Shown here one piece after another: positions 52,701-64,000 of a stretch of DNA of 64,000 nucleotides. Source of the DNA: Lingula anatina (taxonomy: Eukaryota > Animalia > Brachiopoda). The DNA is taken from the NCBI GenBank assembly GCA_051362555.1, contig CM120648.1, forward strand, positions 8,118,587 to 8,182,586, written 5' to 3'. The notes under the pieces were generated by a model. That model was not told the DNA's origin, did not search any database, and saw only the letters and a program-made list of their open reading frames with translations. The number at the start of each line of letters is the position of its first letter. Position 1 is the first letter of the stretch. The position numbers were made by a program, and so were the translations under genes.

Positions 52701-55589
52701 CCAAAAAGATGTAGAGAAGATCTCTATATACATCTCTTTGCCTGTGCCAAAGGTGTGAAAGATGACTCAAAAGAAATTCTCAATTGGCAAAAAAATTGTC
52801 TGAACTCTATACAGTTTAGTCATCTTGTCAGTCTATCAAAATACAACTAGAGAAAAGCTGTTACTAATTATACTACTAAAATGACTACACCAGCTGAATG
52901 CTAATATTTCAAAAGAATCTCCAGTTTCAAATCAGCAAAGGACAATATTCTCCTTTTAAAGGCATACAATTAATATGGCAAAGATTTATCCTCCTGGAAA
53001 TTTCATTAAAAACATTTTAACCAAATTATACCATTTCCACATCCCTTCACAGAACTTTAATCCAATTAATCCATTTTGAGTTCAAATTTTTTGTTTTTTA
53101 AGTCACTGGTGAATTTCACGTGTAACTGTAATTGGCATCTGATAAAAAATGATAGTTCAAAATGACTCTTTTCAAGAGTTGAGAGATAAAACAAGAAATT
53201 CAATTAAGCCCAATCAAAATCAGAATCAAAATCAATATTGATCTCATGGTGGTAATGCCTATCCGTCTAAATACATGTAGATGGAAAGGGCAAAGTTAAT
53301 TTTAACAGAAAGGATATAAAAAAATGCCTCCTTTGCTTCAAATACACTGATATTGTGGTAAATCAATATATATAACTTAAGATGTAATGGTAACTGCTAT
53401 TGAGACACACACACACATACATATACACGAACAAACACTCCATCCAAAAAACACACACTACTCACTTTTGGTGTTAAAACTGAAAATCTTCCTTTTGCCA
53501 CTCCAAATACCTACTGACTCCATCATAATGGTTTAAGCTTAAAAGCAACAGTTCAGGAAATCAAAAAGCCCAATACCACTGTCTTAATGGTTGTGTGTTC
53601 TATTGTTCTGTGCTCTTATCAGACAATCATAAAAGCCCACAATATCCTCATTAGCCAATTTTGTGGCACGATGGCTTCTCTGTAATAATTTAAATAGAAC
53701 TATTACTCCCCCGACGTCCTGGTATGACCTTTAAGCAATAAAGGAATCAAATTTATTTGAGAATATATTTCCTCCTTTTAGGAAATTTTTACACAAAAAA
53801 AGCCATTGACTAACAAATGTTTCAGTCATGGAATGCAAAAGGTGTTGTGTAATCTTAAACACTTTTAAAATATGTTTTTCTTTCTGTATCCAATTTCTTT
53901 GCAGAAATATTCTAAATATGCTAACAGAATAGGAAAACCTATAAATGTCACATTTTCCTTAACTGCATCAATTCATAATGTGCCATCAGTGACATTTTCA
54001 ACCACAGCTTACACCCTGTAACCTTGCTCTTATGAAAATTAACTTTTTAACAAGATATTTGTGGCATTTCTCTGGCTATTCATTAGCTGTGCACATTCCC
54101 ATTCTGTGTTCTGTCAACTGCACAACAGCTTCGACAGCACCAAGTCAACCTACAGTAGAGAGTGCGTAGACTTCACCTTAAGTTTATAAATACCACAATT
54201 GCTTTAGTTGAGATGGAAACGGCTAACACATTCCTTCATCTCACCCAGTCACATCTGGCAATTATTTTGGAATCCTCTCATAAGAAGGCAGCATGCAGTT
54301 CAAATTATTATATATCCCGTTAACCCATGGTGCAGCTGAGCAGGTCTGTAGATTTAAGATTCAGTTTTTAAATGGTGTAATAGCTCTAACCTCAAATTAT
54401 TTGCTTAAGAGTTGGTTTGAACAGATCCAAAAAGACCAGCCATATATTGCAAAAAGCAATTTTTTAGATTTTAACATATAAGATAAAAAAAATTTCATCA
54501 TACAATCCATCCATTACAAGTTGCAGCAAATATATGTTGTGATTAAATAGTCTTTAATAATCACTAAGAATTTAGCAGACTGGCATTTGGTTTTAAAGTA
54601 AAATCTCTCCCCGGCCCATGCTACGGTGCATCCAGGTTGCTGCTAATCAAAACAAAGAGTCCAGAGCAAATACCCCAATAATACCACCATTCAAACTGCA
54701 AATTGCCCATACGCGTGCCAGTAAAAGTATTACTGTATTCTTTTGTTATCCAACAGTGTGCCCAATAGTCGTTATGTCATATGATTACAGGGGACATACA
54801 AATTTTCGGATCCTGGGTGGCTTAATGAAGTGCACCTCAGCACTTGTCAAGGTGTGAGGGGCAAATTACAAGGTGGTATAATAACTACTGGGTGTTTAGT
54901 GTCTGGAAAGCATATGGTGACTTTAAGCAGAACAGGTGGTTGGAAATATATGGGTATTCAACCTTTGTGTTTCTTGCTTTTGTTATATTGTCTTTCATTT
55001 ATTCTCTCTGTATTTCATTCTCTCTCTCTCTCTCGATCTCGATCTCTAGTTCTCTCTCTCTCTCTCTCTCTCGATTTTTGACCATAACAACATTAAATTA
55101 AGTACAATACATTCCATATTTTGTACATATTCATGATTATAGCTTTTTAAAAAAAGAGCAGTCTGAATAATGGAAGAACACCTCTACATTACAAACAAAC
55201 TGATTCATAAATCTATTTAGATACTTCTCATTTTGGCTTGTCCAACGTCTTGTCATTAATGCACTATAAATATCACAGGTAACAGCATATTTTGGGGGTT
55301 ACTGGACAGTTCAGCTCCAGGCCAGGTAATAAAATTACCTTTGAAGCATCACTACTCAAAACAAACCAGTGGGTGATTGTGAAGAATGCCTGTTATGGTT
55401 ATTGTTCTATTACTGCCAATTTATGATGTTTATGTCCCTGGTGTAAAAGAAACAGCATAAATATAAAATCCGTGAAATAATTACCACTTATTTCTACGTA
55501 ATAAATGTCATTTTTCAGTGCAAAAACAGGTGGACAAAGTCAGAAATCCATTATATGCCCTCAATGCCCAGGGAATGTAATGTGAAGTG

Positions 55590-55634
<45 letters not shown>

Positions 55635-55887
55635 CAGTATACATTCTGAAATATATTTCTGTATCAACAGACAGTTGATATTGTGATTAATAAAGAAACA
55701 TCATAAGAAAACAATACTGAGGTTTTACACTGGCATATTCTATATTTTAGGCAAACAACTGATTTCCACCAATCAGCACTGGCTTTAATGATAATTTTTT
55801 GAAGTGTTTATTTTAAGTCAAGAATATTTTACACATTTAGAAAAATATAAATATGCCAGTATGAATCTCATTTTAAAAAAACCCTAC

Positions 55888-56470
55888 CTGTATATCTGGG
55901 TAAATATTTGCTCCCAATTTCTCCATAGCACCTGAATGTAGAGGGTCCCCATGTTCCATACACCTTGCGACATTCCAAATTTTCCTTCTGAGGAGTCCTC
56001 ACACTTGCAACGAGGGGGGACCTGCTTCTTGCCATTAATTTATCCTTTAATGTCTGTGGATTAAACCCTTCAGGATTTTCCCTCTTCTGTCTAGCAGGGA
56101 GAGGAGGCAAAGCTTTTCCCAAATTTGAATTTTTCTCCAGTTTTTGTGGAGAAGATTTCATGTGACCTTCACCCTCTTCTTGGCCAGTTTGAACAGCAGA
56201 ATTCATCCATTCTGGTGGTATCTTTGGATATGATTTTATTTTACCCTGCTGTCTTCCTGAATTATTATTATTATTATTTATTGGTTGTTGTCTAGGTAGT
56301 GTTCCGTAGCACTGATTTATCACTTCTCGATTGCTGCCTGAATTAATTAGTGGTTTCCGGGGCAATGTTCCATAACAAGGTCTCACATTATCTGTCTGAC
56401 GCCTTGTTGAGCTGCGGAACGACTGGTAGCGAACATCAGCACGGCTGAATTTGTTGGTCAAGTTCTCCAT
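55888..56470 (-). CDS. Candidate first coding exon (isoform A) of the LIM gene: 194 codons, low complexity, two CYGTLPR motifs and a Pro-rich LPPLP motif
   Basis: Longest ORF in the window. Exon 56508-55888 has acceptor ttttacAG and donor ACAG|GTAGGG. ATG at 56470 has an in-frame TGA upstream. The phase-1 donor joins the 20152 exon in frame (G|AT = Asp). Linkage to that exon is inferred. Confidence 0.75.
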
Positions 56471-56971
56471 AGCACACAAAATTCGTAGTCAAATCTTCAC
56501 CAAATCACCTGTAAAAATTATATACATGTAGAATAGTAAGCAATGCTTATTAAATATAAATATAGTTATACGGCATTAAAAAATCCTCTGTAGAACATAA
56601 CCACAGATTATTAGACTAAGTAAGCTTTCCTGCTCAATGAGATTCCATGATTGATAATAAATACTAAGTGTTTACCATCAACCAAAACAAAAAAATCTAC
56701 TAGACCAGTGCACTTGACAATAGACTTCGTAGCCAGTATACTATTACATGTACATGTACTTCTTTTTACATGTATTAAAGTATGCTCTATATGTATTACT
56801 GACAACGCCCACAGCACTTTTCTCAAGTCTCTTTCTTGTCGTCTTTCAGAAATACAGCTCAGGCAAATATCACCTGTTTCTCTCCCCAGACTGGTCTCAG
56901 GTGTGCCAGGTGAGATAATTGACCAATTACCTGGTGATCACCACCTAGCTACTTCTCTGAAGAGTGTATTA

Positions 56972-57200
56972 GACCCCATTCCCATAGATATTTAGATCGA
57001 TCTATCCTCCTGGTGAGTCTCACTAGATTGGTGATAGCTTAACAGGCTTAAATGTCTGTCCCGCCTACCAAAAGCTGTAAGGGGTAATCAACTATGGTGC
57101 ACGTGCTCTCTGCTGCCTGCAATTTAGCATGAACCCCCAGGAAGATAGGTTGATCTAAATCTAAATCTCTGGATCGATCTAAATCTCTGGGAATACACCC
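56972..57200 (+). mobile_element. MITE family A, copy 3
   Basis: TTA TSD. Same interior (gagtctcactagatt...gcttaaatgtc...agctgtaagggg...gaacccccagg) with a short duplication near the right end. Confidence 0.88.
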
Positions 57201-57477
57201 TTAAAGTGCCTGCTCACAAACTAGATGCACTAATAGACTGAAAGTTAAGTAAATGGTGTCCTTCAGTTTCATCTGTCTCAGTCCAGCTACATGTACAATG
57301 TAGGCTGAACTTCCAAACGATATATGAAGAGCCCCCCTTGAATATCAAAAGTAGAACAATTTTTCGAATAAAATAAATAAAGGTGCCTGTCAGAATCAAT
57401 AGTACCAGTTAGAATATTACATCCAGTTCGGTTATTAACTAGAAATGGCAGATGGGTACATTGAAAATAGGCATTAA

Positions 57478-57731
57478 GGGCTCATTCCCAATGTAGTTGT
57501 TGTTCTACATTGAACAATCTAACTCCAAGGGCACTCTGGCTAATTGCAATAATATAAACAGATTAACATACCTTTTGTTTCCAACCTACTCCTTCAATGA
57601 CCAGCTTTTCTGTATTCTACTCAACACCAGGAGGAGACATGTCAATCTATTGATCTGACTGTATTCAGCAAGAGTCCCCAAAAAGTTGGATCGATCTAAT
57701 TAGAAAGACTTTTTTTACTGAGAATGAGCCC
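57478..57731. mobile_element. Diverged Harbinger-type MITE
   Basis: TIR GGGCTCATTCCCA...TGAGAATGAGCCC, flanked by TAA/TTA. Subterminal GATCGATC as in family A. Confidence 0.65.
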
Positions 57732-57758
57732 TTAGTTTCCAGTAGTTTCTGAAACTTA

Positions 57759-57973
57759 CAGGGCATTTCCAGAGATTTAGATCGATCTTACTAGATCGAC
57801 CTAACTCCCTGGGGGTTCACGCTAAATTGCAGTCAGCCAACCGTGCACGGAAGTTGATTACCCCCTTACAGCTTGTAGTAGGCGGGACAGACATTTAAGC
57901 TGGATTATCTGACAGTAATCTAGTGAGACTCCCCATGGGGATAGATCGATCTAAAATCTATGGGAATGTGCCC
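57759..57973 (-). mobile_element. MITE family A, copy 4 (215 bp)
   Basis: TTA TSD. Colinear with 30326-30540. Confidence 0.88.
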
Positions 57974-58112
57974 TTAGGGTGTCATAAAAGGGATAAAAAC
58001 AAACTCTTCCCACCAGCTTACCCTCTACATACTTTGTACACTGTACTGTAGCAAGTTTCAATCTGTGTAACTTGGGGTGTTATCAATAAAAATAGAAGCT
58101 ACTCATTCTCAC

Positions 58113-58410
58113 CTGTTTCCTTGCTGTTTGTTTCACCATTTAAACAATTAAGGTAACTTAACTACTGGTATGTCTGCTTTAGAGCAAGCAGTGACAGCTT
58201 CAGTTTCAGCTTCAAAAATCTGTAGAGTCAGGTACATGTAAAGGATCCTGTCAAATGTTCTGCTACATCATGTAAAAACTGCTCTTAGACTAAGAACAAG
58301 AATATAACAACTTCAGTTTCAAACTGTACAAAACCAGGTAAGAGTTTCTGTCAGATGCCTGCATGCAATGGAGACCTGTCTGCCACTTTCCAGTATGGTG
58401 CTTATATATG
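58113..58410 (-). promoter_or_regulatory. Putative TATA promoter and non-coding first exon for isoform A
   Basis: Minus-strand TATATAAG at about 58408-58401 and consensus donor CAG|GTGAG at 58113/58112. This lies 1.6 kb upstream of the 56508 acceptor, which requires an upstream exon. No transcript evidence. Confidence 0.35.
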
Positions 58411-60111
58411 GTGCACTGTCACCAATGAGATAGAATATAGGATGTGCTTCTAATAGTAATCAGGGTAACATCACTGTCCACACAGTGTCACCTGTTGATG
58501 TCAAACAATAACCAGCATTTCAACTGGCACCCCTTTGGCCACAGGAAGGCTTGGGGTTGGTGACAAAGATGACCATGATTTCACGACCTGGTTTCCTGCC
58601 AGACTGACCTCTAAGGTCAGATGTCATTGGTCTGACTGCCACTGGTTGAATTTACCTGTGGCAATTGTCTGACTCACAGTGGATGAGGTTGACCTTTCAG
58701 TAGCATATATATATATACATGCTGTAATTGATTTTAATGTCTAAATGGTTGTTTTGTTATGTAATGAAATGGAAAATGATCTGTCTAGATATCAGAGAAC
58801 TACAATATAATTGCATTATGTAGAGTATTTAAATCCTGTTTTGATAGCAATTAACCTTATTTCCATCTGTCTCTTGTTGGCACAGATCAATATCTGAAAT
58901 ATTCACTTAGGGATAGTTTCACAATGGAACTTTAGACAAAAATGGTCTTAGTAAGTATTTCTAAGACTAAAATTATTTGTTTACTTTCATCAAAGACAAA
59001 AACAGTTGTTTTTCACTTACACAAAAGATTTATGAGAAAAGGCAAAAGGCCACTGTCCTGAAAAGGTGCTTTAATTAGCAGACCACAATGGAATTACCTT
59101 TTATTGAAATTACTTGTTTTTTTTTTTAAATCATAGGTTGACAAGGTTAATGATAAGCATGTTAGGTCTGAAATGTACTTAATAATTTGGTGATAAAACA
59201 GTTTTAGATAATTTTTCATAATATATTTATTCCTCAATAAATCCAAAATACAGTATATACTCTGAATGATGAAAATGTAGTTTGTTAGTTAAGTTGGCTT
59301 AATGTACACAATCTTAAATTCAGGTTAGACAGATGACTTTTTCATTCAGGATAACAATCTTTCATAGTACATATAACAGGAAAAAAAAGTCATCCATTCA
59401 ACACCTTCCATCAGACCAAATAGACTATCCCTATCTGCCTCAGCATAAAAATCAATACCATCAGATTCAAAGTCAGTTTGTCATGGGTTTAGATCATCTA
59501 ACCTGCAGTTATGCACCAGTACAATAACAGAATCACAAAAGGCGTGCTCAGTTGGTGATGTATGCACTCCTCAATGAAGCAGGAAAGCGTAATTCAATTA
59601 GGTGGCAAAATGGCATGACAGACAGAAGCCGCCTTTGTGATCAGCTGTCAATATTACTTGTCAAGCATAGGCCTTACATATAAATAATGGCCAGCAATTT
59701 CAGTGGGGGGTTATTTTGCTGAAGATGTGGACTTTTTTAACCTTCTAAGTTGACACAACTTGAGAAGTGGCATATAGATTCTGCAAGTTTTGATTCAGAG
59801 GTGATTTCGCTGGCCAAAAAGTGCTTTTTTTTGAACCCCCTAAAAATGAGCTATATATATATACTGTATCTGTTAATATAATGATGATGATGATTTTGAA
59901 ATCTGGGGCTGAGTAACATGGTGCAGTTTTCTGCTTTATGTTTACTTAAAAAAGAATAAAAAGTATATCTAAAGGTGTCTGGTGAATTATTATCATATCA
60001 CTTTGTTTAGCATGCCCTTTTATGTTTTGAGAGAATTTAAGGGGTGATCCATGTGCACACACACACATGCACAGAGAAACACTATGCAACATCTGAATTT
60101 GCCTAAGTATA

Positions 60112-60294
60112 CCCTTAGCAAAATATCAGATCTGTCGCAAACTTCTTGCAAATTTGCAAAACAAATTTTATTTTCTTGCAAATTTGCTGCAAATTAGCAG
60201 CAGTATAATTTTTCTTGTAAACTTCTTGCCAGAAACTGTTAGTTTGCAACAAGTTTGCGGCAAATTTGCGGCAAACTTTTCATTTTGCTAGGGG
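60112..60294. mobile_element. Small EnSpm/CMC-type MITE with CCC termini
   Basis: TIR CCCTTAGCAAAAT...ATTTTGCTAGGGG flanked by TA. Interior made of repeated TTGC..CAAATTTGC-type palindromes. Confidence 0.7.
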
Positions 60295-60562
60295 TATCAA
60301 TTTTAATATATATACATACATGTACATGTATTTCATAAATGACAAAGTTATGCCAACTCCACAATTTGCTCCAGTCTGCTCTTTCTACACTAGCAAAATA
60401 TTCACCATAAAAAACACATACAAGTCCCCTTAGGTCATTTTTCCATCTGTTTACAAGAACTGAACTTCTACCACAAACTATTCACTTGGTTCAGACTAAC
60501 AAACATTCCGTCACATTTTAATAGACAATGAAATAAGGCGCACACCCCTGGATGCCATGTTG

Positions 60563-60890
60563 TCTAATATTTGTTCTCATAATTGACTGTTGGTCACGCT
60601 TGACCAGATAAATGACCCCTACATTTTACTAGCTATAAAAACATAATTTGTGCCACGAAGGGTGTAATACGAGTTGTTAACATGTTGAAAGTCACAACTG
60701 TACATGATACCTTTCTTTTACAGTCTCCTAATATTTGTTTTCACGATTGACCGCTGCGGTCACGCTTGACCAGACGATTGAACGAACCACGACCTCCTCA
60801 TTTGGCTGACTATCAAAACATACTTGGTTTAATGAAGGGTATAAAATGACCTGTTAATGTGTTATAATTACAAAATACACATGGCTTCAT
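60563..60890. repeat. Diverged tandem duplication of about 165 bp
   Basis: ctaatatttgtt.tca..attgac...ggtcacgcttgaccaga at about 60564 and about 60728. Confidence 0.85.
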
Positions 60891-61779
60891 TTAACTTTCA
60901 ACAACATAGCAAGTGTAAAGAGAAATATAGAGTTACTTCTTTAGAATTGTGTCAATATCCACAACCATATATAACATAGAATGAGACATTTTCTTCATAT
61001 TTTCTATTTATTATGATGGTAAAAAAAGTAAAAGAGACAAAACATGTTTTTAGGTGCTGTTACCAGTGAGGCATAACATCTGGTCCTTTAAATTTATCAA
61101 AGAGCTTTGCATGATCACTTGGAATGTTAAAAAATGTTTAGTCTTTTTGAACATTATTTGTACATTAAAACAGTGTCATCAAGAAGTTTTCCCCAATAAT
61201 AAATGTTTTTTCAATCAAAGTACTTGATACTTGGGACTCATGACACTTGGGGACATTTTTCATTAGAACTTTTTGCCTTTCAAATCAACAGTGCCATCAC
61301 ATAAAAGGGGAGACTTATTGATCTTTCATTCTCACAGGTTTAACTCTCATCTACTCAGTGAACCAAAAGAACCCCCCCCCCCCCAAAAAAAAAAAAAAAA
61401 AATGGTTGACCTGACAAATGTCCAAAAGTGCCACAGCATCACAAGCACCAGTCACAAAGTCTCCAGCCACTGTGTTTTATGACATTTCCAGGTGTGACAT
61501 GAATTTACAATAAACCATTATTCTGTTTGTGTCATTGTAGTCACAGATCAACTTGTATCTATTTGATATCAAAGATTGGACTAGAATAAATTTATCTTTT
61601 TCAATCTGTGTTAACACAAGGATTTAAAATAAAATAAGAAAAACTATAAATAAAATTAAATAAATAAATTACAACCTCTGTATTAACTGTAACCGAACAA
61701 GACAACATGTTTGAATCATTTCAGATTATTTTGTTTTTCAAAATCTGTGCTTAACAAATTAATTGCTATGGCATATGCT

Positions 61780-62950
61780 TACCTCTTGTGTAAAGTTTCC
61801 GAAGTTCAATTCTTCTCGGTAACATAAGTCCAAATTTCTTATATTTCTTGAATGTTCTCCTGAGAATTAAAGTTCCACTGTTCGAAAAAAATCAATGTGT
61901 TTGCACCAGCTGTCTATATCAGAGGCAGTAGAGGTTACATAAGCCAGAAAAATCTATGCACTTCTGATCTGTTTTCTCAATTCTTTCAAAATGTGTTAAC
62001 AAGTTCTCTGATATTTCTGGTAGATCAGCTAGTAAAACTTAATCCTGGTAAGTAAAAGTTTTCCTCAGTACATGCATTTGTGAGTATATCATCAACCTGA
62101 TTTATATAATATGTCTTCTTCCCTTAGACATAAGAATTTTCTTCAGAGACAACACAATATTTTCAATTATCCATATGGTTCTACATCCAATGCTGATAAA
62201 CATCTCACTGTTTCATGCAATATATTTCTGCTTGGTGATAGATCGGATCGTCGCTCATCTCGACGCTATTTCTGTCTAAAACTGACAGCATCTGCCTCAG
62301 AAAACAGTCTCACATATGATAGAATTTTTAATCACCACTGCACAGCAATTATGTAATTATGTCACAGTGTCGGAGCATGCCTCATCTGCATACTAGTATC
62401 CCTCCAGCAGTGAGTGCAGCCGTTTGCATCAAGACGTGTAGATGAATTTCATATCTCTCACAATTAAAGGCCCCCTGAAAAGTTCATCACTGCATGAGAC
62501 TGTCTGAGGAGATGCTCGAATCTGCCAATTTAAAAAAAAAGTTTTCCGTGTCTTTCAAGTTCGCGTGACTGCCAGGGATTGTCTAGGTTGCTTTAGGGAT
62601 TGAACGTCACAAATGTTGCTCGACTTCTCTCATGCAAGGTTGGTTCACATGTGGTCCTAAATCATTGCTGATTTCATGTGTCGCAGCATCGGCAAATAAT
62701 CTCAGCTGTGCTTATTGAACGAAATCCTTCCAGATTGTATGGCAAATAAAATGCGAAACATACTGTACAGCTTAACTGTGTGTAGTCTGATACAAGATCT
62801 AATGCATTTGTATCAATCACTCGTTCACTAAAATGGAATACTTTCTACATTATTTTCCTCTGGTTTCAGTCTGAGTTCCAAATATTGTGTATTTTTTAAG
62901 TCCCTTTCATACAGTATATGATGTATTGGATGCACAGTTCTTATCTAAAT
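61780..62950 (-). mobile_element. Decayed RTE-like LINE RT fragment
   Basis: Minus-strand LRLFAD(A) at about 62685-62705 (the (Y/F)ADD motif), followed by degenerate downstream RT motifs. Confidence 0.55.
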
Positions 62951-64000
62951 TATTCAATAATTAAGGTACTGTAAGATATATTGCCTTGCTATTCCTGATA
63001 TCATTAATACATGTATATCAATAAAAAAGCAGATCACAGCATAAACATTTCAGGAATTGATGGTCAAGCCACCCCCAAATAGTCTGATGAGCAAGAATTA
63101 TGACCAGTGGGCAGAATTAATCCTCTGCCAAGGTCAGTTAATTAGTCTTACAATACTTGATCACATCAGGCTAATACTGCACAAGTCAATATTGTTCTTT
63201 TAAGATACTAAAAAGTTTCAGATCTTGTTACAAAAATTATTCTGGCGACCCTGATGTCACTGTTGTACTTCTTCTAAAGTGTTTTTTAATTCAAGATATT
63301 CTGTGCCCTTGCCTGACCTTGTAGTCAAAATCTGAAAATATGTCCAGTTAGGTGTCTTCTTCCTACTCTGATGAATCTAACACCACTAATTTTCAATAAA
63401 TTGAATATCAAGTGTCCAGTCACCTGCTGATTCGAACGACTGACCAAGCTGGTCACTTGATCAACCTTCTAATTAGTGCTAATTAGAACATATCCTGAAA
63501 TTAACTCAGCAGGGGAGGGCACTGATCGCTGCCCATTCACAGTTAATCACTTCTGGGCTCCTAAAATGAACATTAATCTAGATATTAGATCATTAATCTG
63601 AGTAAACTGCCTATTGTTTGAAATATAGACAATTGGTCAATCAAAATAAGCTTATATTTAATGTTTGACCATTGACCATCAGTCAAATGCTTTCAGAAAC
63701 GGTAGTTGCTCTCAGAAATGGTTGCTTGACCAGGGTAAATCTGAGTTCAGCCAACCTGAGACAGGATTTGGTAATTGTTTATAAGTCAATTGGTATAATT
63801 GCTATAACCAATATCTTTGTATTCTGATATTAAGATAGTGAAAGCCAAAGATCTGCCTCTTGTCTAAAGCCCTGTTATTCTACAATCAATCAGTGTTTAC
63901 TAGGGATACTGAACCAGTTATAAAGATGGCTAGACTTCAGTTACCCATTTTGTCATGGTTGTTTGATAAATATCTAAGCATTCAAAACTGAGAGTAAGAT

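Overview
AT-rich eukaryotic DNA that looks like an invertebrate animal genome; the species cannot be determined from sequence. There are no prokaryotic genes, rRNA, tRNA or CRISPR arrays. Most of the window appears to be intronic sequence of one large minus-strand gene. An internal exon (20152-19879) encodes acidic Tyr motifs and the first part of a LIM zinc-finger domain. Three separate ATG-initiated candidate first coding exons have donor phases that fit this gene: 56470-55888, 25660-25504 and 7506-7436 (the last starts MGSC). The introns hold many transposon derivatives: a 5.3-kb CACTA/EnSpm-like element with a divergent promoter, decayed exons, a 160-bp array and a nested MITE; several PIF/Harbinger-type MITE families; a 669-bp element with 77-bp TIRs, an 8-bp TSD and a RecQ-type helicase fragment (AcademH-like); a MULE-like element; decayed RTE and CR1/L2 LINE fragments; and mini- and microsatellites. 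Almost all other listed ORFs are spurious. All calls come from reading the sequence by eye, with no database search.
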